From sequence record ON470620.1: a stretch of 38,938 bases of DNA, one strand, 5' to 3'. Shown here in pieces: positions 10,046 to 18,628 of the stretch; position 1 is the first letter of the stretch; every line of letters begins with the position of its first letter. A program made the translations under genes and the position numbers. Under the pieces are notes generated by a model. That model made no database searches, had not been told where the DNA came from, and saw only the letters and a program-made list of their open reading frames with translations. This stretch comes from Escherichia phage vB_EcoM-813R9.

Positions 10046-10889
10046 TTTCCATTATTCTGCCGAAGCAGAAAATGTAATGAATTTATTTTACCAAGCTGAA
10101 GCCATGGTTTATGTTGAAGGCCCAGATGATATTTGCTTTTGGGAAATCATCTTTAATAAAGCTAGTTCATTAAAGGTTGAAATCAAAGATGTTGGCGGCT
10201 GTGAAGAATTAAAAAAATATATTGATAGAGTTACTGATGAAGATCTTCAAATTATAATTGCATGTGATGCAGACTTCACTACATTTGAAAATGAGGAAAA
10301 CGCTGATAGTCGCATTGTAAAAACTTATGGGCACTCCATCGAAAACACGTTTATTGACAAAACAGGCATATATAAGGCAATAAAAACTCTAGGAAAATTA
10401 CCTCAAAAGATAATGAACGATGTCAACGTCGATTCTTGGACAGAAGACTTTTATACCAAAATGGAACCCCTAATAAAACTTGATATATACAATCATATTT
10501 ATAGAAAAGGCATTTCAGTTATTGGTGACAGTGCAGATCGTTTCATGAAATCTAGAAAATCAAATGAAATTTGCGAGCAAAAAATCACGAGTTACAAAAA
10601 CACCATCATTGAAAAATTAGGTGTGGAACCAGATAACATCGATTCATCTTTCAAATCAAAATCGATAGAATACAGAAAGTGGCTTAGAGGTCATTTTCTT
10701 TTTTCTGCAGTACATAGGTACATTAGCACAACTGCAGAAAAAAATGGAAAAAAAGTATCCTTATCATATGAATCATTATATTCCAATTTAATGAATACAT
10801 TTGAATCCAATTTTACCAATACTCATATTGAGTTTAATCATTACCACGAAAAAATTAAAGCCATAAATATGCCACACGAAATGAAATAA
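10038..10889 (+). CDS. ariB: Toprim/DUF4435-like protein; candidate AriB effector of a PARIS-like module
   Basis: Start ATG overlaps the ariA stop (ATGGATGA); N-terminal VYVEGPDD with Glu27 and a downstream IIACDAD (DxD) motif as in Toprim/OLD-family nucleases; AT-rich. Confidence 0.55.
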   Translation: MDDFHYSAEAENVMNLFYQAEAMVYVEGPDDICFWEIIFNKASSLKVEIKDVGGCEELKKYIDRVTDEDLQIIIACDADFTTFENEENADSRIVKTYGHSIENTFIDKTGIYKAIKTLGKLPQKIMNDVNVDSWTEDFYTKMEPLIKLDIYNHIYRKGISVIGDSADRFMKSRKSNEICEQKITSYKNTIIEKLGVEPDNIDSSFKSKSIEYRKWLRGHFLFSAVHRYISTTAEKNGKKVSLSYESLYSNLMNTFESNFTNTHIEFNHYHEKIKAINMPHEMK

Positions 10890-10914
10890 GAAAAAATACA
10901 GATGTATTTTTATA

Positions 10915-11361
10915 TTATGTAGATAACCATTCAAATAGGGTATCCTTGATTTGATAATATTCTTTATCGTGGATACCCAATAGCTTACGCTCTGCGTAAC
11001 GGACCTCAGGTCCTTTGCGACTGACGCGATCACGCAGGCCGTAGTGATGAACGCGGGCAATGCGCTGCACCTTGCCTTCAAACTGCACGCTGGCAGAATC
11101 GGCGCTGGCGGCAGTTTTCAGGTATTTTGTGGTGCGCAGCTTCGCAAACATCTGACGTTTAATGCGGCCTTTTTTACTGCGTGCTGTTACCCGTCGCGGT
11201 TCATAGCTGCTGCCGTCAGGGTTGCGCTGCATCCTGATATTCTGCTGCTGTGTCCGGCGAAGTTCCTGCGCCAGTTGGCGCATCATACGGCTTCTTGCGG
11301 CTGGCTCCAGATTCGCCAGCAAGGCACTCAGCCAGTCGTCCACCTTCTGCAATTCAGCCAC
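10915..11361 (-). CDS. S: Tail completion protein S
   Basis: 148-aa ORF at the P2 gene S position after R; apparent GTG start; last ~25 codons lie in AT-rich DNA. Confidence 0.7.
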   Translation of the reverse strand: MAELQKVDDWLSALLANLEPAARSRMMRQLAQELRRTQQQNIRMQRNPDGSSYEPRRVTARSKKGRIKRQMFAKLRTTKYLKTAASADSASVQFEGKVQRIARVHHYGLRDRVSRKGPEVRYAERKLLGIHDKEYYQIKDTLFEWLST

Positions 11362-11785
11362 GTTTCACCGTCCACATTTCTTCAGGTTCATCGGGTTCCG
11401 CTACAGCTTCAACGCTGGACACTGTGCCGTCAGTGCTGACCAGCACACGTTCCGTCAGTTGCAGGTTAAGGCTGATATCACAGACATCGTTGCGCAGAAT
11501 ATCCACCTCAAAGGTGAATAACTTTTCCCGTAAAGCGGGATTATTGATGGCATCGGGCTGGTTATCACGCAGCCACAGCAAAACCGGGGCCATCAACAGA
11601 TTCTGGTCACCACTGAAATCCTCTATCACCACGTTCAGGGTGTAGCGGTACTCCCATGACATGGAGCTGGCCCCCGTGGCAACCAGCGAACCGTTATCCA
11701 CAAACAGATGCAGTTTGTCCGGGTTATTACGGACATAAGGCACTGCTTTATTAAGGGCGTGGCGCAGGGATTGTGGTTTGTTCAC
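11354..11785 (-). CDS. R: Tail completion protein R
   Basis: ORF 11354..11806 trimmed to a GTG start preceded by aggag; P2 gene R position. Confidence 0.7.
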   Translation of the reverse strand: MNKPQSLRHALNKAVPYVRNNPDKLHLFVDNGSLVATGASSMSWEYRYTLNVVIEDFSGDQNLLMAPVLLWLRDNQPDAINNPALREKLFTFEVDILRNDVCDISLNLQLTERVLVSTDGTVSSVEAVAEPDEPEEMWTVKRG

Positions 11786-12038
11786 TGTTTCGCTCCTGAC
11801 ACGCAATAATCATGTCCACTTTGTCTGCACAGACCGCCCAGGCGGCCTCCGTTTCATCCAGCAATGCGTTCAGATCACCGTTAGTGCGCGGCGCTGTCTG
11901 ATCCAGCCGACACGGCGTCACTCGCGGACAACCACTGACGGTAAGCTGCACCTCCGGTGAGTGCCGGACGTTCCCGCAGCCGGATAATGTCAACAGGCAA
12001 AGGAGTATCAGCCCAGCGGCGTAAATCCTCGTTCTCAC
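11751..12038 (-). CDS. lysC: Outer-membrane spanin lipoprotein (LysC/Rz1-like), embedded out of frame in lysB
   Basis: Signal peptide plus lipobox LTLSGC; embedded in and extending past lysB as in Rz/Rz1 pairs; start codon non-ATG and uncertain. Confidence 0.5.
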   Translation of the reverse strand: MRTRIYAAGLILLCLLTLSGCGNVRHSPEVQLTVSGCPRVTPCRLDQTAPRTNGDLNALLDETEAAWAVCADKVDMIIACQERNSEQTTIPAPRP

Positions 12039-12309
12039 GTTTCAGTTCTTCGATCCGGCGTTGTCGTTGTCTCAGCTGTGCGCTGGTCTGTTCTGCTTCG
12101 GCATAGAGCCGCGCCTGCTCCCGGTTATTAGTTTCAGTCAGAATGGACAGGCTGATAAGCTGGCTGTTGCTCTTTGCCAGTGCCTGACTTTTGCTCTGCA
12201 GCTCGTCTGCCTGCGTGCTGATGGTCTGGCTGGCATCAGCCAGCCGCCACGTCTGCCAGCCCAGCGCCGCCAGTAATAACGCCAGCACAACCAGCAGCAA
12301 CCGGTTCAT
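11881..12309 (-). CDS. lysB: Inner-membrane spanin (LysB/Rz-like)
   Basis: 142-aa ORF with N-terminal TM helix and coiled-coil, Arg/Glu-rich periplasmic domain. Confidence 0.75.
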   Translation of the reverse strand: MNRLLLVVLALLLAALGWQTWRLADASQTISTQADELQSKSQALAKSNSQLISLSILTETNNREQARLYAEAEQTSAQLRQRQRRIEELKRENEDLRRWADTPLPVDIIRLRERPALTGGAAYRQWLSASDAVSAGSDSAAH

Positions 12310-12683
12310 GCTGCTACCTGTTGCGCCATCTGATTACGGGTGATCCAGAAGGCAATAACGGTCAGTAGATAAAAGACCAGGGTAATAGCCCACCCCGTCC
12401 AGGCGAGACTTACGACAATCAGCAATCGCATCACCCAGCTGATAAATACGTTTTCTTTTCGGGTAATGGTCTTCAGCAAAGATGCCCTCAACTCCTGCCA
12501 GAGCGAGCCATTCTTAATTAACGCAGCCAGTGCTACCGGAATTACCGCCCATGTCAGTAAACAGGCTACCCAAACGCCGGACGCTGCCAGTACCGGAAAA
12601 ATCCCCTGCGGATACACCATTGCTGCAATTAACAGCGCCATCCATAACATCAGAAACAGCCCGCTGATTAATTTCTTTTTCAT
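12306..12683 (-). CDS. lysA: Lysis regulatory membrane protein LysA
   Basis: Multi-TM small protein MKKKLISGLFLMLWMALLIAAM.. between the endolysin and lysB. Confidence 0.7.
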   Translation of the reverse strand: MKKKLISGLFLMLWMALLIAAMVYPQGIFPVLAASGVWVACLLTWAVIPVALAALIKNGSLWQELRASLLKTITRKENVFISWVMRLLIVVSLAWTGWAITLVFYLLTVIAFWITRNQMAQQVAA

Positions 12684-12684
12684 T

Positions 12685-13197
12685 TCAGTTTGCTCCCTGT
12701 AAACACCAGGCCATCTCCCGCGCACGGCGGTTATCCAGCCCCTGATTAAACACACCTTTCACATAAACCCAGCGCGGTAACTGTCGGCACGCATCCGCCC
12801 AGCGCCGCTGATTGAGCAATTTCACCAGTGTGGAACTGCAGGCATTGCTAGTTCCCACGTTGAAGGCAAACGACACCGTAGCGTCATACACCTTCTGTGG
12901 TGGCTGTTGCTTCACACACCTTTCCAGTGCCCGCTCCACACGCAGCACGTTGGAGATCAGCCCTTCTGCTGCCTGTCGTTCCGTGATTGTTTTGCCGGGA
13001 ATGACGCCCGATGTATTACCAATGCCGTCAGTCCAGACACCCGCGCTGCACTGATACGGCTGCAGACGACAGCCTTCGTAATCGGCAATCAGTTTCAGCC
13101 CTTCCACGGACGTATGAAGCTGCTGAAAGCCCGGCAGCGTGGCAGCAATAGCCAGCACGGCCCCGACAAGGCAGCGTTTAACGACTGATGGATTCAT
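12685..13197 (-). CDS. K: Endolysin (P2 gpK-like lysozyme)
   Basis: 170-aa ORF with N-terminal hydrophobic segment and lysozyme-like core, in the lysis cassette. Confidence 0.8.
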   Translation of the reverse strand: MNPSVVKRCLVGAVLAIAATLPGFQQLHTSVEGLKLIADYEGCRLQPYQCSAGVWTDGIGNTSGVIPGKTITERQAAEGLISNVLRVERALERCVKQQPPQKVYDATVSFAFNVGTSNACSSTLVKLLNQRRWADACRQLPRWVYVKGVFNQGLDNRRAREMAWCLQGAN

Positions 13198-13393
13198 AGT
13201 CCTCCCGCGAGATCTGCCCGTCGCGCAGAAGCTGGTAGGCTTTGTGTTTGTAGTACCAGTTGATAGCCAGCATCAGCACACCAATCATCAGGCCGCCCAG
13301 CGTTGAGATATCCTTGATGGACAAATCGCCCAGCCAGGCCAGCACGACGGCGATGCAATACGTGATAAAGGCGCTGATTCGCTCAAGCGTCAT
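13178..13393 (-). CDS. Y: Holin (P2 gpY-like)
   Basis: 71-aa two-TM protein with charged C-terminus immediately upstream of the endolysin. Confidence 0.7.
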   Translation of the reverse strand: MTLERISAFITYCIAVVLAWLGDLSIKDISTLGGLMIGVLMLAINWYYKHKAYQLLRDGQISREDYESISR

Positions 13394-13396
13394 AAT

Positions 13397-13600
13397 TCAG
13401 TCCCATAGCTGGACGGTCTGCACGGTGGTGGTTGCCGGAATGTCCGGCAGCTCCACCTGCAGCCCGTGAGGTAAAAAGGGGCCGTATTCGGCAAGCCCCG
13501 GATTTGCCTTCAGTACCTGCTCCGTGACACCCTGCGTGCGCCCGTAATGACGCCAGCAAAGCGCGTCCACCGTGTCATACTGATGCGCACGCACTTTCAT
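13397..13600 (-). CDS. X: Tail protein X
   Basis: 67-aa ORF at the P2 gene X position and size. Confidence 0.75.
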   Translation of the reverse strand: MKVRAHQYDTVDALCWRHYGRTQGVTEQVLKANPGLAEYGPFLPHGLQVELPDIPATTTVQTVQLWD

Positions 13601-14064
13601 CAGATAAGCTCCACTGTGCAGTGCGGCGCATCCTGCACCCGGCTGATGGCCCAGCGGGCGTCACGCCACAAATCACCGCTTGCTTCCGCCAGTTCCTCGC
13701 CTCGCTTCACACCGGACGCCGTGGCGTCATAGTCCTGATAACGCTCGTTGAGCATGGCGCGTGCCCAGCAGTAAACCGCGTTGAAATAGTGCTGAATGCG
13801 CTCACTTTTGCCGTCCAACTGTTCCGCCGGAACCTCAGCCAGCGACGCATACCCCAGCATCTGCTGACGTCTGCGAAACTCATACAGCTCTGCGTTGACC
13901 TCCGAAATTGCCGACAGCGCAACCTGCTTTAAACGCGGCTGCGTCACCGTGCCGTCAGTGCGCATCACACTGCGAAACTCCGACAGGTCCACATCAGGCC
14001 AGAACGGCGTATTTCTGATGATTTCCGCCTGTTCCGGTGCCTGTTCTGGCGCAACAAACTTCAT
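13600..14064 (-). CDS. L: Head completion/stabilisation protein L
   Basis: ORF trimmed to MKFVAPEQ with RBS aggaga; P2 gpL position after M. Confidence 0.7.
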   Translation of the reverse strand: MKFVAPEQAPEQAEIIRNTPFWPDVDLSEFRSVMRTDGTVTQPRLKQVALSAISEVNAELYEFRRRQQMLGYASLAEVPAEQLDGKSERIQHYFNAVYCWARAMLNERYQDYDATASGVKRGEELAEASGDLWRDARWAISRVQDAPHCTVELI

Positions 14065-14159
14065 GCTGCTTTCTCCTGAAATAAAGGGCGGTGGACGGGG
14101 TTTTGATGTGGCAGAGCCTTTCGCCACCCCGTGCCGCCCGTGCGCGGGGGCACGTTCTG

Positions 14160-14810
14160 TCAGCGGCTGTCATTGCGCAGTCTGCGCTCCAGCTGCTGTT
14201 TGTCTTTTTTCACGCCACAGCGGGGATCGAGCTGTAACGCATGGTTGAGATGATTAAGGGCGGAAGCCGGATTGCTTTCACTCAGGACTGCGCCAATCGC
14301 TTTATGCAGACGCGCCCGTGACTGGTCCGGCATATCCAGATCGTCTGTCAGTTCCAGCGTCTGCAGCAACAGATCAGCATCAAAGCCGATGGCGGCAAGC
14401 ATTGCGCTCTGCGCTGCGTCTGCCATTTCCTCTGCCAGCACGGTCTGCACGTTGCGGTTACCCAGCGGCATCACCCAGCCATGACGCAGGGCATGACGCC
14501 CGATCTCCAGCGCCCCGGCATAATCTCCGGCATCAATGCGCCACAGCATCACGTACATCAGCACGTCATCCTGCTGTGCGCCTCCGGCAGCCAGGACACC
14601 CTCCGCCCAGGCGGCGTACTTCGGCAGCAGCTCCACTTTGATTTCCGCTTTTTTGACCGTGGACTGAACGCCCTTGAGACGGCGGCGGTCTTCCGCCAGT
14701 TGCAGTAGCATCAGGTCATAGCCCGACGCGTGGCGAACACTGCCGCCCTCGCGGGCGGCCTGTTCAGCCTGAACGCGCAGGCGATGCTGCCGTGCGGGAC
14801 TCAGGCTCAT
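14160..14810 (-). CDS. M: Terminase endonuclease (small) subunit M
   Basis: 216-aa ORF at the P2 gene M position between N and L. Confidence 0.8.
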   Translation of the reverse strand: MSLSPARQHRLRVQAEQAAREGGSVRHASGYDLMLLQLAEDRRRLKGVQSTVKKAEIKVELLPKYAAWAEGVLAAGGAQQDDVLMYVMLWRIDAGDYAGALEIGRHALRHGWVMPLGNRNVQTVLAEEMADAAQSAMLAAIGFDADLLLQTLELTDDLDMPDQSRARLHKAIGAVLSESNPASALNHLNHALQLDPRCGVKKDKQQLERRLRNDSR

Positions 14811-14813
14811 GGT

Positions 14814-15869
14814 TTATGCTCCGGCTTCTGCGGCGGTGCTGAAGTCGCCAATCTGGATGTTTTCCACCAGTGCTGCGCAGCGGTAGTCCTCAACCACATA
14901 GGCTTCGTTAACGGATTCAAAGTTTTCAATCCGGTCACGTTTCGGGTTGTCGATAACTGAACGGCGGCGGGTGTCTTCCTGCCAGTAGATGGACAGGTTA
15001 TCCAGACGGGTGATCAGCAGCGCATTCGGCGGGAAGAACGGCGCACGCACGGCCTGCAGGCCACCCATGCGTTTCTGGCTGATGATCATATCGGCAGCCA
15101 GTTTTTCACTGTTTTCCTGCTCTTTGTTGACCAGCGGGAAATACTTATCAGACAACAGTTCACGACCGCAAATCACCACCAGATCGTCATCGTCCTGGTA
15201 GACCACGTCGATAAGCTCATTAACGGCATCCATCACCACGGCGTCCAGGTTGGCATATTCGCCACCTTTACCGACTTTCACCGCGCCCGGTGTGGTTTCA
15301 CCGCCCGTGGTGGTGCTGCCCATGACGTGATCCGGTGCATCCTCACGGATTTTCTGCAGCCAGCCTTTATTCACATCCTGCAGCAGCGGGTTTTCGCTAC
15401 GGTTGGAGGTTTTCGCACGCTTCACGCCGTTAAAGCCGATCATGATGCGGTCCAGTGCCTGACGTTTCACGATGGCGTCACGGATACGCACCTGAAAATC
15501 CTGAAACTTCGCCCACAGGTCCAGCTTCGCGTAGGTCAGCACCGTGTCAAAGTTGGTCTGCTCGCATTTATATTCCACATCGACCATCAGCGTCGGATCG
15601 ACAGGTTCACGCTCTTTCGCGGTGGTATCAGTGGTTCCGGCAATGGTGCTGCCAACTCCCAACCCCAGCAGCTGACCGGACTGCTCAGTCACTGGCGTGA
15701 CGTTAATCAGCGTCAGGAAAGCGGCGGACTGCTGGATCTGGTCTTCCAATGTCTGCTGCACGGACGGCTCTACGGTGAACTTGCTGGACAGTTCTTCAAC
15801 TGCCACACCGTTCAGACGCGCCAGTTGCTGCAGGTAAGCGTTAAAAGCAAAGCGGGTATTCTTCTTCAT
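14814..15869 (-). CDS. N: Major capsid protein N
   Basis: 351-aa ORF strongly P2 gpN-like (TRFAFNAYLQQ.., KYFPLVNKEQENSE.., NLSIYWQED). Confidence 0.9.
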   Translation of the reverse strand: MKKNTRFAFNAYLQQLARLNGVAVEELSSKFTVEPSVQQTLEDQIQQSAAFLTLINVTPVTEQSGQLLGLGVGSTIAGTTDTTAKEREPVDPTLMVDVEYKCEQTNFDTVLTYAKLDLWAKFQDFQVRIRDAIVKRQALDRIMIGFNGVKRAKTSNRSENPLLQDVNKGWLQKIREDAPDHVMGSTTTGGETTPGAVKVGKGGEYANLDAVVMDAVNELIDVVYQDDDDLVVICGRELLSDKYFPLVNKEQENSEKLAADMIISQKRMGGLQAVRAPFFPPNALLITRLDNLSIYWQEDTRRRSVIDNPKRDRIENFESVNEAYVVEDYRCAALVENIQIGDFSTAAEAGA

Positions 15870-15885
15870 CAGGTTTTGTGCTCCA

Positions 15886-16719
15886 TCAGCAATTGGTCAG
15901 AGTGTCAGCGGGGGCGTTACCGCCTGTTGCACGCTGGCGGTAGTCCTGGCGGCTGTCTTCTTGGCTCAGCTTGTCCACCAGTTCGTTAAAGGCGGTCTGC
16001 TGTGCCTGCAGGGCTGTCTCCAGCTCAGACAGGCGCTCTTCCTGCTCAGACAGGGATTTTTCGGTGCGCGCACTCAGGTTCTGCTGCTCAGTGGCGACCA
16101 GTTCCACGGCCTTATGCACATCAGAGAACCGGGCGTCATCGGACTGCTCTTTTTTGGTGAACAGCGCCGTGACACGGGCAAACAGGGACGGCTTGTCCTC
16201 CTGGATTTCTTCCAGTTCGATCACCGTTTCCTCTGCGGCTGTAAAGAGATTGGCGGGATTCTGCTTGCGGTTTGCCAGCGGGTTATGGGCTGCACTGGCG
16301 CTGAATGTCAGCATTTCAGTGCCCAGACTGGCAGGGTCATCAGTGGCTGCCAGGCCGACCAGGTAGGCTTTGCCCGTATCAGCAAACTTCGGGCTGACTT
16401 CCATAGAGGTGAATAATTTCTGGCCTTTTTTCACCAGTTCCACCAGGGACTCCGTTGGCTCAACGTCGGCATACAGCGCCATCTTGCCTGCCAGCGGACC
16501 TTCCGTGATTTCTTCAGCAAACAGCGCCGTCACCTTACCGTAGCGGTTAAAGGTGCTGTCCGGCAGATAAGACTTGATGTGCTCAAGGTTAATCAGCGCG
16601 GTATACACCGCCGGGTTGTAGCTGGCTGCCATCTGTTCCAGCCATTCACGCTGGATTTCGCGTCCGTCGGTGGTGGCACCTTCCACCCCGATGCGAAAAC
16701 GCTTTGCTTTCACTGTCAT
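15886..16719 (-). CDS. O: Capsid scaffolding protein O
   Basis: 277-aa ORF P2 gpO-like (FRIGVEGATTDGR, YLVGLAATDDPASLGTE, C-terminal ..ATGG..TNC). Confidence 0.9.
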   Translation of the reverse strand: MTVKAKRFRIGVEGATTDGREIQREWLEQMAASYNPAVYTALINLEHIKSYLPDSTFNRYGKVTALFAEEITEGPLAGKMALYADVEPTESLVELVKKGQKLFTSMEVSPKFADTGKAYLVGLAATDDPASLGTEMLTFSASAAHNPLANRKQNPANLFTAAEETVIELEEIQEDKPSLFARVTALFTKKEQSDDARFSDVHKAVELVATEQQNLSARTEKSLSEQEERLSELETALQAQQTAFNELVDKLSQEDSRQDYRQRATGGNAPADTLTNC

Positions 16720-16797
16720 GAGCCGTGCTCCGTTAGAAAAAACTTACTGGAGCCTTATGGTTGCGGTGATGGGGGCAGTGAAACAATGCGCGGTATT

Positions 16798-16815
16798 TGT
16801 ACCGACAACCACACA
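16798..16815. promoter_or_regulatory. Candidate Ogr-type late-activator site (TGT-N12-ACA) in the divergent O/P promoter region
   Basis: tgtaccgacaaccacaca in the 142-bp intergenic region between divergently transcribed O and P. Confidence 0.45.
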
Positions 16816-16861
16816 AACCGCAGGCGGGGAAAGCCTTCATTCAAGGTTGTAGGTTTGTGCC

Positions 16862-18628
16862 ATGAACACCACACTGACACCCGCAGATCTCGATCCCCGT
16901 CGGCAGGCCATGCTGCTGTACTTTCAGGGATACCGCGTAGCCCGCATTGCTGAAATGCTGGGCGAGAAAGTTGCAACCGTTCACAGCTGGAAAAAACGCG
17001 ACAAGTGGGGTGACTATGGGCCGCTGGATCAGATGCAGCTCACCACCGCCGCACGCTACTGCCAGCTCATCATGAAGGAGCACAAAGAAGGGAAAGATTT
17101 CAAAGAGATTGACCTGCTGGCGCGCCAGTCGGAGCGCCACGCGCGGATCGGCAAGTTTAACAATGGCGGCAACGAAGCTGACTTAAACCCTAACGTCGCC
17201 AACCGCAACAAAGGCCCACGCCGTCAGCCTGAAAAGAATGTTTTCACCGATGAACAGATTGAGAAGCTGGAAGAAATTTTCCATTCCTCCATGTTCAACT
17301 ACCAGCGCCACTGGTGGGAAGCCGGAAAAACCAACCGCATCCGCAACCTGCTGAAGTCACGCCAGATCGGCGCGACCTTCTATTTTGCCCGTGAAGCCCT
17401 GATTGACGCCCTGCTTACCGGACGTAACCAGATTTTCCTTTCTGCCAGTAAGGCACAGGCCCACGTCTTTAAGCAGTACATCATCGACTTCGCCAAAGAA
17501 GTGGAGGTGGAGCTGAAAGGCGATCCGATGGTGCTTCCCAACGGGGCCACGCTTTACTTCCTCGGCACCAATGCCCGCACGGCCCAGAGTTACCACGGCA
17601 ACCTGTATCTGGATGAATATTTCTGGATACCGAAATTCCAGGAGCTGCGCAAAGTGGCTTCCGGTATGGCTATTCACAAAAAATGGCGACAAACCTATTT
17701 TTCCACGCCATCCAGCCTGACACACAGTGCTTATCCGTTCTGGTCCGGTGCGCTGTTCAACCGTGGGCGCAACAAAGCCGATAAGGTGGACATCGACCTG
17801 TCCCACAGCAATCTGGCCCCCGGCCTGCTGTGCGCAGACGGGCAATACCGCCAGATAGTCACCGTGGAAGATGCGGTGCGCGGCGGCTGTAACCTGTTCG
17901 ACCTTGACCAGTTGCGCATGGAGTACAGCCCGGACGAATACCAGAACCTGCTGATGTGCGAGTTTGTGGACGATCTCGCGTCCGTGTTCCCGCTCAGCGA
18001 GCTGCAGGCGTGCATGGTAGACAGCTGGGAAGTCTGGACTGACTTTCATGCACTGGCCCTGCGCCCGTTTGGCTGGCGCGAAGTATGGATCGGTTATGAC
18101 CCGGCGAAAGGTACGCAGAATGGCGACAGCGCCGGATGCGTGGTGGTGGCACCGCCAGCCGTGCCGGGCGGCAAGTTCCGCATTCTTGAGCGTCACCAGT
18201 GGCGCGGAATGGACTTTCGCGCCCAGGCTGACGCCATCAAAAAACTGACCGAACAGTACAACGTGACCTACATCGGCATCGACTCGACAGGTGTCGGCCA
18301 CGGGGTTTACGAGAACGTGAAAGCGTTTTTTCCAGCCGTCCGGGAGTTTGTCTACAACCCCAACGTTAAAAACGCCCTGGTACTCAAGGCCTACGACATT
18401 ATCAGTCACCGTCGTCTGGAGTTTGACGCCGGACACACCGACATAGCGCAGTCATTTATGGCAATCCGTCGCGCCACCACCGCCAGCGGCAACCGCCCAA
18501 CCTATGAAGCCAGCCGCAGCGAAGAAGCCAGCCATGCCGATCTGGCCTGGGCAACAATGCACGCACTGTTTAACGAACCGCTGCAGGGCGAATCCGCCAA
18601 TACCAGCAATATTGTGGAGATTTTTTGA
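16862..18628 (+). CDS. P: Terminase large (ATPase) subunit P
   Basis: 588-aa ORF P2 gpP-like; stop overlaps Q start (TGATG). Confidence 0.9.
   Translation: MNTTLTPADLDPRRQAMLLYFQGYRVARIAEMLGEKVATVHSWKKRDKWGDYGPLDQMQLTTAARYCQLIMKEHKEGKDFKEIDLLARQSERHARIGKFNNGGNEADLNPNVANRNKGPRRQPEKNVFTDEQIEKLEEIFHSSMFNYQRHWWEAGKTNRIRNLLKSRQIGATFYFAREALIDALLTGRNQIFLSASKAQAHVFKQYIIDFAKEVEVELKGDPMVLPNGATLYFLGTNARTAQSYHGNLYLDEYFWIPKFQELRKVASGMAIHKKWRQTYFSTPSSLTHSAYPFWSGALFNRGRNKADKVDIDLSHSNLAPGLLCADGQYRQIVTVEDAVRGGCNLFDLDQLRMEYSPDEYQNLLMCEFVDDLASVFPLSELQACMVDSWEVWTDFHALALRPFGWREVWIGYDPAKGTQNGDSAGCVVVAPPAVPGGKFRILERHQWRGMDFRAQADAIKKLTEQYNVTYIGIDSTGVGHGVYENVKAFFPAVREFVYNPNVKNALVLKAYDIISHRRLEFDAGHTDIAQSFMAIRRATTASGNRPTYEASRSEEASHADLAWATMHALFNEPLQGESANTSNIVEIF

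Noticed and set aside
8786-10889. Alternative readings of the two-gene module as Gabija or Septu
   Set aside because: Gabija GajA fuses ATPase and Toprim in one protein with a helicase partner; Septu pairs the ATPase with an HNH nuclease. Here the ATPase is separate and the partner has Toprim-like acidic motifs with no HNH Cys/His cluster, which fits an AriA/AriB split better. Still needs HMM confirmation.
15327-15989. 220-aa plus-strand ORF
   Set aside because: Antisense to capsid gene N and the start of O; typical shadow ORF.
17357-18436. 359-aa minus-strand ORF
   Set aside because: Lies entirely antisense within the well-supported terminase gene P; no RBS or recognisable domain.
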